DNA of 63,833 nucleotides, counting the filler, from Chiloscyllium plagiosum (lineage: Eukaryota), in the NCBI RefSeq assembly GCF_004010195.1. It is 4 parts of one record of this genome, joined end to end, with 100 filler letters (N's around TTAATTAATTAA, not from the genome) between each part and the next. Parts side by side here need not be neighbours in the genome. Positions count along the whole stretch, not along the records: positions 34,788 to 50,353 come from NC_057715.1; 3 more parts are not named here. One strand, 5' to 3'. Shown one piece after another: positions 36,173 to 48,700 of the stretch. The notes beneath the pieces are model-generated. The model ran no database searches. It saw nothing but the letters and a program-made list of their open reading frames with translations, and was not told the DNA's origin. How positions within the stretch are numbered: position 1 is the stretch's first letter; each line of letters starts with the position of its first letter. The translations under genes and the position numbers were made by a program.

Positions 36173-38848
36173 TTGAATTTGATTGAGTTTTTTGAAGTAA
36201 CAAAGAGGATTGATGAGGACAGAGCAGTGGATATGATCTATATGGACTTCATTAAGGCGTTCGACAAAGTCCCTCATGGTAGACTGGTTAGCAAGGTTAG
36301 ACCTAATTGAATACAGGGCGAACTAACCATTTGGATACAGAACTGGCTCAAAGGTAGAAGACCTGTGACCAGTGGAGTGCTAAAAGGATCGGTGCTAGGT
36401 CCTCTACTTTTCGTCATTTATATAAATGATTTGAATGTGAATGTAGGAGGTATAGTAAATAAGTTTGAAGATCATACCAATATTGGAGGTGTAGTGGACA
36501 GTGAAGAAGGTTACCTCAGAGTAGAATGAGATCTTGATCAGATGGGCCAAGTGGCAAGTGGAGTTTAATTTAGAAAAATGTGAGGTGCAGCATTTTGGAA
36601 AAGCAAATCAGAGCAGAACTTATACACTTAATGGTAAGGTCGTAGAGAGTGTTGCTGAACAAAAGGTCCTTAGAGTGCAGATTCATAGTTCCTTGAAAGT
36701 GGAATCACAGGTAGATAGGATAGTTTAGTATGCTTTCTTTTATTGGTCAGAGCATTGAGTACAAGAGTTGGGAGGTCATGTTGCGGCTGTACAGGACATT
36801 GGTTAGATCACTTAGAGTCATAGAGTCATAGAGATGTACAGCATGGAAACAAATCCTTCAGTCCAACCTGTCCATGCCGACCAGATATCCCAACCCAATC
36901 TAGTCCCACCTGCCAGCATCCGGCCCATATCCCTCCAAACCCTTCCTATTCATATACCCATCCAGATGCCTTTTAAATGTTGCAATTGTACTAGCCTCCA
37001 CAACTTCAACTGGCAACACATTCCATACAAATACCACCCTCTGCATGACAAAGTTGTCCCTTAGGTCTCTTTTACATCTTTCCCCTGTCACCATAGACCA
37101 ACACCATCTAGTTCTGGACTCACCCTCCCCAGGGAAAATACTTTGTCTATTTATCCTATCCATGTCTCTCATGATTTTATAAACCTCTATAGGGTCTACC
37201 CCTCAGCATCCAACGCTCCAGGGAAAACAGCCCTAGCCTATTCAACCTCTCCCTGTAGCTCAAATTTTCCAACTCTGGCAACATCCTTGTAAATCTTTTC
37301 TGAACTCCTTCAAGTTTCACAACATTGTTCTGATAGGAAGGAGACCAGAATTGCATGCAAGATTCCAACAGTAGCCTAACCAATGCCCCATACAGCCGCA
37401 ACATGACCTCCCAACTCCTATACTCAATATTCTGACTAATAAAGGAAACCATACCAAATGCCTTCTTGCAAGATTCCAACAGTAGCCTAACCATACAGCC
37501 GCAACATGACCTCCCAACTCCTATACTCAATATTCTGACTAATAAAGGAAACCATACCAAATGCCTTCTTCACTATCCCATCTACCAGTTTCAAGGAGCT
37601 ATGAACCTGCACTCCAAGATCTCTTTGTTCAGCCACACTCCCTAAAACTTTACCATTAAAGTGTCTAAGATTTGCTTTCCCAAAATGTAATCCCTCATAT
37701 TTATCTAAATTAAACTCCATCTGCCATTCCTTAACCCATTGGCCCATCTGATCAAGAACCCGTTGTAATCTGAGATAACCTTCTTCGCTGTCCACTACAC
37801 CTCCAATTTTGGTGTCATCTGCAAACTTATTAACTATACCTCCTACATTCACATTCAAATCATTTATATAAATGACGAAAAGTAGAGGACCCAGCACTGA
37901 TCCTTGTAGCACTCCACTGGTCACAGGTCTTCTACCTTTGAGCCAGTTCTGTATGCAAATGGCTAGTTCTCCCTGTATTCCGTGAGATCTAACATTGCTA
38001 ATCAGTCTTCCATGGGGAACCTTGTCGAATGCCTTACTGAAGTCCATATGGATCACAGCTACCGCTCTGCATTTATCAATCCTCTTTTTACTTCTTCAAA
38101 AATCTCAATCAAGTTTGTGAGACATGATTTCCCACGCACAAAGCCATGTTAACTGTCCCTAATCAGTCCTTGCCTTTCCAAATACATGTACATCATGTCC
38201 CTCAGGATTCCCTCCAACAACTTGCCCACCACCGAGGTCAGGCTCACTGGTCTATAGTTCCCTGGCTTTTCCTTACCACCTTTCTTAAACAGTGGCACCA
38301 CATTAGCCTTCTTTGGAATATTGTGTGCAACTCTGCTTGCCCTCCTGCTGGAAGGATGCTGTGAAACTTGAAAGGGTTCAGAAAAGATTTACAAGGATGT
38401 TGCCAGGGTTGGAGGAGTTGAGCTACAGGGAGAGACTGAATAGGCTGGGGCTGTTTAACCTGTAGTGTCGGAGGCTGAGGGGTCACCTTATAGAGGTTTA
38501 TAAAATCATGAGGGGCATGGATAGGATAAATAGACAAGGTGGGGGAGTCCACAACAATAGGGCATAGGTTTCTGGTGAGAGGGAAAACATTTAAAAGTGA
38601 CCTAAGGAGAAACTCTTCCATGTAGAGGGTGGCGTGTGTATGGAATGAGCTGCCAGAGGAAGTAGTGGAGGCTGGCACAATTGTAATATTTAAAAGGCAT
38701 CTGTATGAGTATATGAATAGGAAGGGTTTAGAGAGACATGGACCAAGTGCTGGCAAATGGGACTAGATTAGGTTAGGATATCTGGTTGGCATGGATGAGT
38801 TGGACCGAAGGGTCTGTTTCTGTGCTGTACATCTCTATGACTCTATGA
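36173..38848 (+). mobile_element. CR1 LINE (RT to 3' end) interrupted at 36814-38302 by an antisense CR1
   Basis: NLIEFFE.TKRIDE.RAVD.IYMDF.KAFDKVPHGRL; resumes at ~38311 (LEYCVQ...); CTCTATGACTCTATGA tail. Confidence 0.9.
36814..38302 (-). mobile_element. CR1 LINE (RT to 3' end), antisense, nested
   Basis: ORF 37487..38056: MDFSKAFDKVPHGRL...QGSVLGPLLFVIYINDL...KFADDTK. Confidence 0.93.
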
Positions 38849-38849
38849 C

Positions 38850-40095
38850 CAAAGGTTTGGTAGCTGCATTTATGATTACACAAAGTTAGATAGGAAAGTG
38901 AGTTGTGAGGAGGTCATAAGGAGCCTACAAAGAGATATATATAGGTGAAGTAAATGGGTAAAAATCTGGTGATTTGAGCAATATATGAGAAATTGAGCAA
39001 TTATCCATTTTAGCAGAAAGAATTAAAAAGAAGCATATTAGAGATGGAGGTCAGTGATACCCTAGTGGTATTATTGCTAGACTATTAATCCAGCGACCCA
39101 AGCAATGTTTTGGGGATCGGAGTTCAAATCTGCCATGGCAGATGGTGGAATTTGAATTCAATATAAATCTGAAATGAAGAGTTTAATGATTGTAGATTGT
39201 CATGGGAAAAAAAAAACATCTAGTTCACTAATGTTCTTTCGGGAGAGAAACTGTCACTGTTACCCAGTCTGGTCTGCATATCAGTCCAGACCCATAGTAT
39301 TGTGATTGATACTTAATTCTTTTTGCAATTATGGATGGGGCTTAAATGCTGGCCCGGCCAGTGGTGCTGATATTGCATGAATGAATAGAAAAGTGGAAAT
39401 GGTGGAGCCCTGAGATGCAGAGAACTCTGGGTCCTTGTGCACAGACCACAGAAGGTTAAAATGCAAGTACAGCAAGTAATCAGGAAAACTAATAGACGGC
39501 CATGTCTTATTGCAAAGGGAATTGAATATGAGGAGGGAGGTCAGGCTTCAGTTTAGCAGGGCATTAGTAAGACCGCAATTGGACCACTGTGTACAATTGT
39601 CGTTGTACTTATGGAAGGACGTTAATTCATTGGAAGCAGTCAGCAAAAGTTTACCAGACTAATACCTGGAATGAGCCGATTGCCCAATGAGGAAAGGCTA
39701 GACAGGCTAGACCTGTATCCCCTGGCCGGAAGTGAGTTAATTGAAATTAACAAGATCCGGAGAGGATTTGAAATTGTAGAAGTTGTGGGAGTACTGAGAA
39801 CTCGGGGTCATTGTTTAAAAATAAGGGCTCATCCTTTTAAGACTGAGGTAAGGAAAAGAAATTCTCTAGAAGGTTGTAGGTTTTTGGAATTCCCTTCCTC
39901 AAAAAACAGTGGCAGCAGAATCTTTAAATATTTTTAAGACAGAGGTAGATAGATTTTTGATTACCAAAGGAATGAAAGGTTATCGGGAAATGCAGGAATG
40001 TAGAATTAAGGTTAAAATCAGGTCAACCATGATCTTATTGAATGGTAGAGCAGGCCCAATGGCCTACTCTTGTTCCTTATTCTAATGTTCATATG
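38850..40095 (+). mobile_element. Older CR1 LINE fragment interrupted by a SINE
   Basis: F.ITQS..., ALVRPQLDHCVQ, RGHCLKIRAHPFKTEVR remnants. Confidence 0.8.
39047..39392 (+). mobile_element. tRNA-derived SINE (not HE1) with a tail shared with the 10900-12060 LINE family
   Basis: Head with TAGTGGTA and GAGTTCAAATC (A/B-box-like); tail GCAATTATGGATGGGGCTTAAATGCTGGCCCGGCCAGTG. Confidence 0.7.
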
Positions 40096-40537
40096 AAATC
40101 CCTAAAACAGAGTTGACAAAGGTTCAGTTCTTTTAACATGTGTGAGCATCAGTGCTACAGGAGGCACAGGTCTTGGTAACATCTACACATCTGCAACAAT
40201 GTCTCCTTTCTGGAGAATAGAAGGGCATATATTGCCAGAGAGCTTTAATTGCCTATCACTGGTAGCCAAACTCCTCCATCCCAAAAGCCCACATATTGGT
40301 GTACAGCACCTTGTGATGTTGATCTCGCACCTGCACAATGTGTCAGCAGCTTATGCAGCAACCTCACTGCATGTGCTTCAACCTAATAGGATTTGCTCAT
40401 TGTCTACGGGAAATAGAATGCCAAAGAGTGCTGTCATCAGTCAGGAGGTCCCAGTATAGTCATTCAAGGGCAGCATCTGATCTCAGTCAGGGGCCTGGAC
40501 ATGGTGAGTGAACAACTTGAATCAGTCATGGTCAGGA

Positions 40538-40681
40538 ATGTTTAAAAGGTGGCGCTGGAAAGCCACAGCAGGTCAGTCAGCATCTGAGGAGCAGGAGAGT
40601 GGGATGCTGCCTGACCTGCTGTGCTTTTCCTATGCCACACTTTTCGACTCTGATCTCTAGCATTTGCAGTCCTCACTTTCT
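40538..40681. mobile_element. Short inverted PLE pseudo-LTR pair with a 12-bp TSD
   Basis: TCATGGTCAGGA at 40526-40537 and 40682-40693. Confidence 0.82.
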
Positions 40682-41862
40682 TCATGGTCAGGAGTATGTT
40701 TCACTTCAGTCTGGGATGTGGGACATGGTCAGTCCTACGGGTCCAGTGTAATCCACCAGGAGATTTATCCTAATACAACTGGGCAGAAGCAGACAGACCA
40801 GTCACAGGTCTGGTCAGTAATCAGTGGGGCTGTCCATTGCCGTCAGTCAGGTTTGTGGACCATGGATAGTTCTGGGGTTCAACACAATGGAAGTCAGCGG
40901 GCACTTTTGGTCGGGAAGTTACAGAAGCCAATTCTGGGAATTAGAGGCAGCTTGCTTCATGCAGAACAGACAATAATTGTGAATAGGGGAATATTTGTCA
41001 TGCAAGAAAGGGAGATGGCAGTGCTTTTGAGGACAGGGGGTACTGTGAGACAAGAGTGTTATTGATGGTCACCACAGCATTGCCTCAATGGTGGGACAGT
41101 GCAGCACAATGGTGAGTATTACTATGCTGTAGGGCTGGGACTCGTATAATATTGAGAGCTGAAGATGTAGTTCCATATGGTGTAACCTGTGAAGGACACT
41201 ACAGATGGGTTTGACAGAAATTGCCAGGAAGAAAAGGATGTGGAGGTTTGGGGAAATCCCTGATTATCAGACTGTGACTCACTGTGACAATGCAACCTGC
41301 ATTACCTTCCATTCACATGCAAATTGTAAATGCATACTGTAAATTGAAAATGGTTGCTAGCAGACCCTGAGTGGATGGATCAGTGCTTGTTTCTGTCTCA
41401 GAACACGGCTCCATGTGTGAGTGACAAAGGCGCCTTAAGGAGCAATTGCAGGCACTTTCACAGTACAGACTGAAGTTGGCTCTAAGCATAGCACTCTGTG
41501 TGTGAAATGCATGCAGTGTCCAATGGTGCGCGGTGCAAATACTGTTCACAAGCAATCTTGACTATATCATTAGTCATTGTAGATTTACAATCATCATCTT
41601 TGTGAATAAAAGATATTCACAGATGACCTTAAAACTGGCACCTGCAGGCTACAAAACACAAAGATAATGTAAAATCCCAAAGGCTGCATAAGGGAAAAAA
41701 AAGATTCCATCTCGCCTAGAACTATAAGTATTCACCAACATGGTCTATGTGCAATGCTGTCAGATGTCCCAGCAAGTTTAGGATCAGCAGCAACAACTTC
41801 CAGCAAATGCCAAACAGTCTCCAGACTCCAGGTGAAAGTCTCCTTGAGATGTCCATGAAATA

Positions 41863-42089
41863 GGAGAAAATGAGGACTGCAGATGCTGGAGATCAGAGCT
41901 GAAAATGTGTTGCTGGAAAAGCGCAGCAGGTCAGGCAGCATCCAAGGAGCAGGAGAATCGACGTTTCGGCAATGAGCCCTTCTTCAGGGCTGAAATCCTC
42001 AAGAAGGGCTCATGCCCGAAATGTCGATTCTCCTGCTCTTTGGATGCTGTCTGACCTGCTGCACTTTTCCAGCAACACATTTTCAGCTC
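41863..42089. mobile_element. Palindromic PLE pseudo-LTR pair (arms about 90 bp) with a TSD
   Basis: ATGTCCATGA at 41849-41858 and 42090-42099 (13/14 if extended). Both arms carry the hammerhead-like motif. Confidence 0.9.
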
Positions 42090-44007
42090 ATGTCCATGAG
42101 ATATAAAGGAAGACAGTATGAGAAAACTCAATAGGGCTCACAAAGAGAAACCCTCCATGAAACCCGTCAATTTCTGGTCAGATTCAGCCCTTTGTTTTCA
42201 GGGCAAGTTTGTGGGTGTCCCCACTCAGAGCAAAATGCAATTTTCTAACCTGCCATTGAGCTGGATGTTTACAACCTGGTCTGTGAACTGAGTTTCTCAA
42301 AATTGCCATTCTGGCATTATAGAAATTATTTGGATTGTATCCAGCAAGATGACTAAAATATTCACAACTTATTCTAGTTTAGTAACTTCAGAAGTAGAAA
42401 GAAGCCTTTTAACCCAGACAAATTGTGGGATAAACTAGCAGAAGTATTACTACATATATTTAAGAATTCATCATGGCATGACTGCATAATTAAAATATTA
42501 TGCATTTTATATACTAGGTTAATTTGATTTTTTTGTTTAAATGAACCTTACAAGATTCTCTCAGAAGTTACATGATTGTTGTCATTGATTAACTGCAGCC
42601 ATAAAACAGAAAGATTGGAGGCTCATCCCCGCATCAATTATGTAGGGAAACATTTTGAGTTTGATTAACACAATGAGTCCTTCTAATGGTGTGAGAATTC
42701 AAATCTTCAAAGAGAATATGAAATTGGAAGGATAACCAAGGAAGTTCCAACACAATTGATTTTGCTTTATGGAACAAAGTTAACACATCAGCCATTTTAA
42801 TTTTCATCTGCGTGAGACAGTCTGTGGGACACCATTTCAGCAGAACTCCAATAAAAACTCTAAGATATACTAGTAAAGAGATAGGGTTCTCAACAAGGAG
42901 ATGAAGAAAAAGCAAACCAGATGGGGCCGATGTACTACCAATGCCCACAACCAGCAATGCCATCAAGGCAAAATAGAGAGAAGTTTTCTCTCCCTCCCGG
43001 AACCTGTTCTGCCATGTCTACGCAAGGAAAGAGTTTCCAATTGTTTTACCACAGAAATTGTTTTACCACCATCTGCTAAATTCTGACTTTGGAAAGAGAA
43101 TCGTCAAACATGTAACAGGCCTGCAATGATATCTGACTGATCTGATTTTAGCAGTAACTACTTTAGCTATTAACTATATTATATTTTACTTTGAAAACAT
43201 TCAGCAATAGTTATGCAATAAACTAAGCTTTGATCTTTAACCTTGGGAAGTGAGGATCAAAAGTATCCTATCGTTGCTGGGGAAGGGAAGGGAAGGAGTG
43301 AAGGCAGAAGTGCTCACTATCCACTCCACCAGTCTCCACTTCTAAGGGATCATAAGCCACCATTTCTGCCACCTCCAGTGGGTGCGACCACCAGACACAT
43401 ATTCCCCTGCCCTCCCTTGTCAACAGTTTACTCCAGACACCCTGGTCCACTCCCCCTGCTCTTCCAACAACTCTTCACATCTCTGTGGTACCTTCTCAAA
43501 TAATTACAGAAAGTGCAACACTTGCCTGTTTACCTCCATCCTCCTCACTATCCAAATCCGCAGGTACACCTTTCAAGTGAAGCAGCAATTTGCCTGCACT
43601 TTATTTCAATCTAGTCTACTGTAATTACTGTTCACAATGCAGTCTCCTTCACACTGGGGAGTCAAAATAAAGACTGGGCAACTGCTTTGTGAAGCCCTGA
43701 CATTCTGTCTGAAAAACTGACCCTGAGCTTCCAGTTGCCTGTCACTTCAATATACCGCTGTGTTCCAATGCCAACACTTGTCTCAGGCTTGCTGCAGTGC
43801 CTCAATGAAATTCAACACGAGCCAGAGGTAGAACATCTCCTCCTCCACTGAGGTACCTTACATCCCTTAGGATTCATCACATTGAGTTTAACAATTTCAG
43901 AATGAGAACCTTCTTCCATATTTGTAACTCAGCCCCATACCTCTAGGTCATGTTTTGTATTGGTTTCTCCCATCAGAACAAATCCATTTTCAAAAATTTA
44001 GCCGTAG

Positions 44008-44922
44008 TGTCATAAAGACGTACAGCAAGGAAACAGACACTTTGGTCCAACTCGTCCATGCCAACCAGATACCCTAGATAAATTGAGTCCCATTTTGCAG
44101 CATTTGGCCTATATTCCTCTAAACCCTTCCAATTTATATACCTATTCAGATGCCTTTTAAATGTTGTCATTGTACCAGCTTCCACCACTTCCTCTGGGAA
44201 CTCATTCCATATACACACCATCCTCTGTGTGATAAAGTAGTTCCTTAGGTCCCTTTTAATTCTTTCCACTCTCACCATAAACCTATGCCCTCTAGTTTTG
44301 GACTCAACCACTCCAGGGAACAGACCTTGTCTATTTACCCCATTCATGCTCCTCATGATTATATAAACCTCTATAAGGTCACCCCTCAGTCTTTGACACT
44401 CCAGGGAAAATAGCCCCAACCTATTCAGCCTCAGGGGCGGCACATTGGTTAGCACTGCTACCTCACAGCGCCAGAGACCTAGGTTCAATTCCCACCTCAG
44501 GCAACTGACTGTGTGGAGTTTGCACATTCTCCCCGTGTCTGCGTGGGTTTCCTCCGGGTGACCTGGTTTCCTCCCACAGTCCAAAGATGTGTAGGTTAGG
44601 TGAATTGGCCATGCCAAATTGCCCGTAATGTTAGGTGCAGGGGTAAACATAGGGGAATGGGTCTGGGTGGGTGCACTGTGGCGGGTCGGTGTGGACTTGT
44701 TTGGCCGAAGGGCCTGTTTCCACACTGGAAGTAATCTAGTAATCTCCCTCTGGCTCCAACCCTGGCAACATCCTTGTAAACCTTTTTAGAACCCTTTCAA
44801 GTTTCACCACATCCTTCCTGTAGCAGGGAGACCCGAATTGCACACAATATTTCAAAAGTGCCCTAACTGATGTTCTGTATAGCCGCAACATGATCTCCCT
44901 ACTCCTATACTCAATGCACTGA
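44008..44922 (-). mobile_element. CR1 LINE 3' fragment nested in the PLE
   Basis: [23 protein letters not shown]...QRMVCIWNEFPEEVV. Confidence 0.9.
44433..44745 (+). mobile_element. HE1-like SINE nested in the CR1 (A box partly deleted)
   Basis: GGGCGGCACATTGGTTAGCAC head, B box GGTTCAATTCC, core and tail. Confidence 0.9.
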
Positions 44923-45504
44923 CACCCAACCTAACATTTCTGTTGGCTTATTATTAGCATTCCCCTTTTTTTGCCTTTCCATTTTCTCTTGGGACTGTGT
45001 CCATGAATTCTATTTCTCCGTCCCCGCCCCCCACCCTGTCATCAGTATAAATACCACCTTTTCTTAGCTGCTTTCAGTTCTGACAAAGGGTCAAGGGACT
45101 CAATGTTAACTGTATTTCTCTCTCCGCAGACGCTACCAGACCTGTTGAGTTTCTCCAGCACTTCCTGTTTTTGTTTCAGATTTTCAACATCTGTATCTCG
45201 TTATTTTATTTTTCTGCCATTTTTAATTTCGGATAGCTAGATTTAACAGTATCAGAGATATTAACCTTCTTTCCATTAAAGGTAAAACTATCCCGAGGAA
45301 AGTTGCAGTGCAGCTTTTTTACTTATCCTCCCATTTCACAAATAAATCAAACAAAACTGCAGAGCATCCACTCAAGGTTCCATTATTCCCAACAGACATT
45401 CTGTTTCCTTCTATGGCATAACATTTCAATAACTCGAGCAATGTGGGAACTACTATAGCCTCAACAGTTCACACAGTAGCAACAAAATTCCAAAAAGAGC
45501 ACAT

Positions 45505-45747
45505 GGGGTGGAGGTAAAAAGGATCTAAGGGGCAACTTGTTCACAAAGAGGGTAGTTTGTAAATGGAATGAACTGCCAGAGGAAGAGGTATGTGCGGGTA
45601 CAGTTACAAACATTTAAGACATTTTGACAGAATAGGAAGATTTAGAGGGATATGGGCCACGTGTGGGCAAATGGGACTCGTTTACTTTGGGAAACCATGG
45701 TTGAGTTGAACCGAAGGGTCTGTTTCCGTGCTGTATAACTCTATGAG
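45505..45747 (+). mobile_element. CR1 3' end
   Basis: WNELPEE motif and a GACCGAAGGGTCTGTTTCC-type tail. Confidence 0.85.
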
Positions 45748-47777
45748 ACAATATTGGATCAAAATACAAGTAAAAATACAAATAGTGAAGAGCCATCTAT
45801 ACTCAAAACATTAACTTGCTTTCGCTCCATGGATGATGCCTAACTTGCGATAATCTCCAGCATTTTTTGTTTTCAGTCAAAATATTAAAAATTGTTTTAT
45901 TGTTAATAAAGAAAATATGAAGAACAAAATAAACTCAATTGTAAGTTCAAAATTACAAGAATAGGAATTATAAATACTTATGTATTTATATTTATTGAAT
46001 TTGTACTATATTTTTCTGACTTATTTGTATTATTTATCTTTCTGATGAAGAACCGTACTATCTGTGTATTTGTTTGATTTTCTACTTTCTAGGCAGTAAT
46101 TTCACTCATCATGATCCATGTAAATTACTGCTTGCACATTACCAGAAAGAAACTTTCTACTTTCCATTATGTAATAGATCACAGCGCATCTAAACCTAAG
46201 ATAAAATCAGAAACTCAGCTGGTCTAGCAGCATCTGTGGAGAGAAACAGTTAACATTTCAAGCCTGGTATGACTATTCTTCAGTTTTCCAGCATTTGCAG
46301 TAGTTTGCCTTTATTTAACTAAAGCTGCTGTCTGGCTTCCAAATTGAAAAGAACCAATTACATGACTTGCACTATAACTGAAAAATAACCTCCTTTGGGT
46401 TAAAATTATAATGCTGTTCCTTTTAAAATATAAATAATATAAAGATAACCGAACCTTTTGGTAATTTTGAGAGAGAAAATAAACAGGCTTGGATTGTGAA
46501 AGGTTTTGGGGAAAGAAAACACAGTTGATTTTTGGGTTTTTAGATATGACTCCCAGATCCGATTGGGAGCACTGACTCTGTCTTAGAATGTACTCTCAAT
46601 TGGAATTTTAAGATATTGAATGAGGTCAGGATCCAGACAGAGCTGTAGCTATGGAGATGGATCCAGGGCCTAACAGAACCATCACCCTCAGCCCCCACCC
46701 TCACCCTGCTGAAAATAAATGCCCAGGTTATATAACCAGGTTATATACATATAAAACCAGGTTAGCTGGTTATAGAGCAACAACTACAGATAGTTAACAA
46801 TTTGCGAGGTAATTATCAGTAAACTATTGACTGTAAAAGGCAATGTACTTCCAGTTTTTGCCAGTGTCAATAGTAGTATTTTTATTTTTTTGCTGATTTA
46901 TTGCATTAAATGAAAGGCCTGTATTGCTGAGTGGTGAGGTAATAAATCTGCTAAATGATTATAGGTCAAAAATATTTTTTGAAATCAATAGATGTGATAT
47001 GTTCAGATAAGGTGTTGATATCATAAAGTATCATAGTGTGGAAAGGAAATCTCCCCCTAACTAATCTTTTCAACTCCAAGATCAACACAGATGTGGAATA
47101 AATAACAGCAGATCCAGTAGAAGTAAGCAATCGAAACATTCTCAAGGAAGAGAGACACTTGGAGGCCTAACAAATTATTCAAATATGGAAATCTTTTCAC
47201 ATTTCCCCTCAGTGGTTAAATTCATGCACAGGCTGTAAAGATCCATGTCAGCAACTGGGAATAATACTAATAAATGGTGCAATCAGCAAATAATGCCTTG
47301 GTTGTGTACATTTAAGGCTGTGTTAGATTCTTGATCAGTACGTGAATGATGGGTTATGGGGAAACATAGGAAAGTGGATGTGAGGAATGTCGGATCTTAT
47401 TGAATGGTGGTGCAGGCTCGAAGGGGCAAATAGTCAACTCCTGTTTCTATTTGTTATGGACTTCTGATCTGACCCTTCAGAAAATGATTCATAACTCTCC
47501 TTCAAGTGAAGCTGCTGTGGAGTCAGATTCTACTCTTCCCTTCCCACAGGCTACAGCCATTGCAACTTCTTTCCTCTTCTGTCAATGGGAAACGACCACC
47601 AACAAATGATCACTTTGCATCTCGGTGAATTGTGTGGGCATGAACACATAACAAGACATGAACTGAACAGAGAGTTGAATCATTTGATGGGTTGTTTTAC
47701 TGATAGTAGTTTTCTATTGTCAGAGATAATGGCATGGTATGCTGATTCGTATGATATCACACAAGAAGTGTATGCAT

Positions 47778-48115
47778 GCTGTGGCTCAATGAGTGGGACA
47801 TTCACCTCTGAATCAGAAGGCTTTATGCTGAACTGCCACTCCAACACAATAACTAAAGCTGCTATTCTATGGAATGCTGCACTGTTGGAGATGTTGTCTT
47901 CCAGGTGATATTTTAAACAGTACTGGTGTCTGTCCTTTCATATGAATGTATAAGATCCCATGATTCTATATTGAAGCCAATTTATCCTTTAATCAACATT
48001 TAAAATCAGATTAACTGGTCATTATCACAATGCTATTTGTGGGGACTGGCTGTGTGCAAATTGGTTGCCAGATTTCCTACAAGACAAGAACAGCCAAACA
48101 TTTAATTACTGTGAA
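47778..48115 (+). mobile_element. DeuSINE (SacSINE1/AmnSINE-like), 5' part; its tail resumes at 51648-51702
   Basis: GCTGCACTGTTGGAGATG...AAGATCCCATG...CTGGTCATTATCACAATGCTATTTGTGGG...GTGCAAATTGG resembles the Deu domain as recalled. Confidence 0.7.
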
Positions 48116-48700
48116 TTTATGAAATCATGAGGGGCATGGATAGGGTAAATAGCCAAGGTCTTTTTTCCAGGATAGGGGAGTCAAAAATAGAGGGCATAGG
48201 TTTAAGGTGAGAGGGGAAATATATAAAAGGAACCTAAGGGGTAACTTTTTCACACAGAGGGTGATGTGTTTATAGAATGACCTGCCAGAGGAAGTCATAG
48301 AGTCATAGAGATGTACAGCATGGAAACAGACCCTTTGGTCCAACCTGTCCATGCCGACCAGATATCCCAACCCAATCTAGTCCCACCTGCCAGCACCCGG
48401 CCCATATCCCTCCAAACCCTTCCTATTCATCCCCTCATAATTTTGTAAACCTCTATAAGATTAAAAGGGACTTACCCCGGGAGTCGGGCCTCAATTTGCT
48501 GAGGGAGGGGTGAAGGACCTCTGGGAAGACATATATTTTTGTGGTTGAGTTACCCGAAACACTACTCGGGTAGTGTCTCCCACTCATCCTCCTCCTCTAA
48601 CCAAAAGAAAAAAGATCTGTGCACCAGCTTGGTAAGTTAACGAGTTTATTTTTTATTCCTTATTTTTCAACAGTGTCTTTGGGAATTTAGAATAGTGGGA

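Larger units (their letters stand above)
43255..45215 (+). mobile_element. Older PLE (GIY-YIG plus 3' end) interrupted by a CR1 and a SINE
   Basis: GTFS...RKCNTC...FQVKQQFACT..NLVYCNYCSQCSLLHTGESK; terminal segment at ~45040-45215. Confidence 0.8.

Noticed and set aside
40100..41650. Possible further decayed Harbinger or other DNA-transposon sequence (also 55550-56230 and 57860-58350)
   Set aside because: I could not recover convincing motifs or TIRs by eye; a repeat-library search is needed.
43973..44725. 250-aa minus-strand ORF
   Set aside because: A chance in-frame fusion of antisense SINE sequence with the CR1 ORF2 C-terminus.
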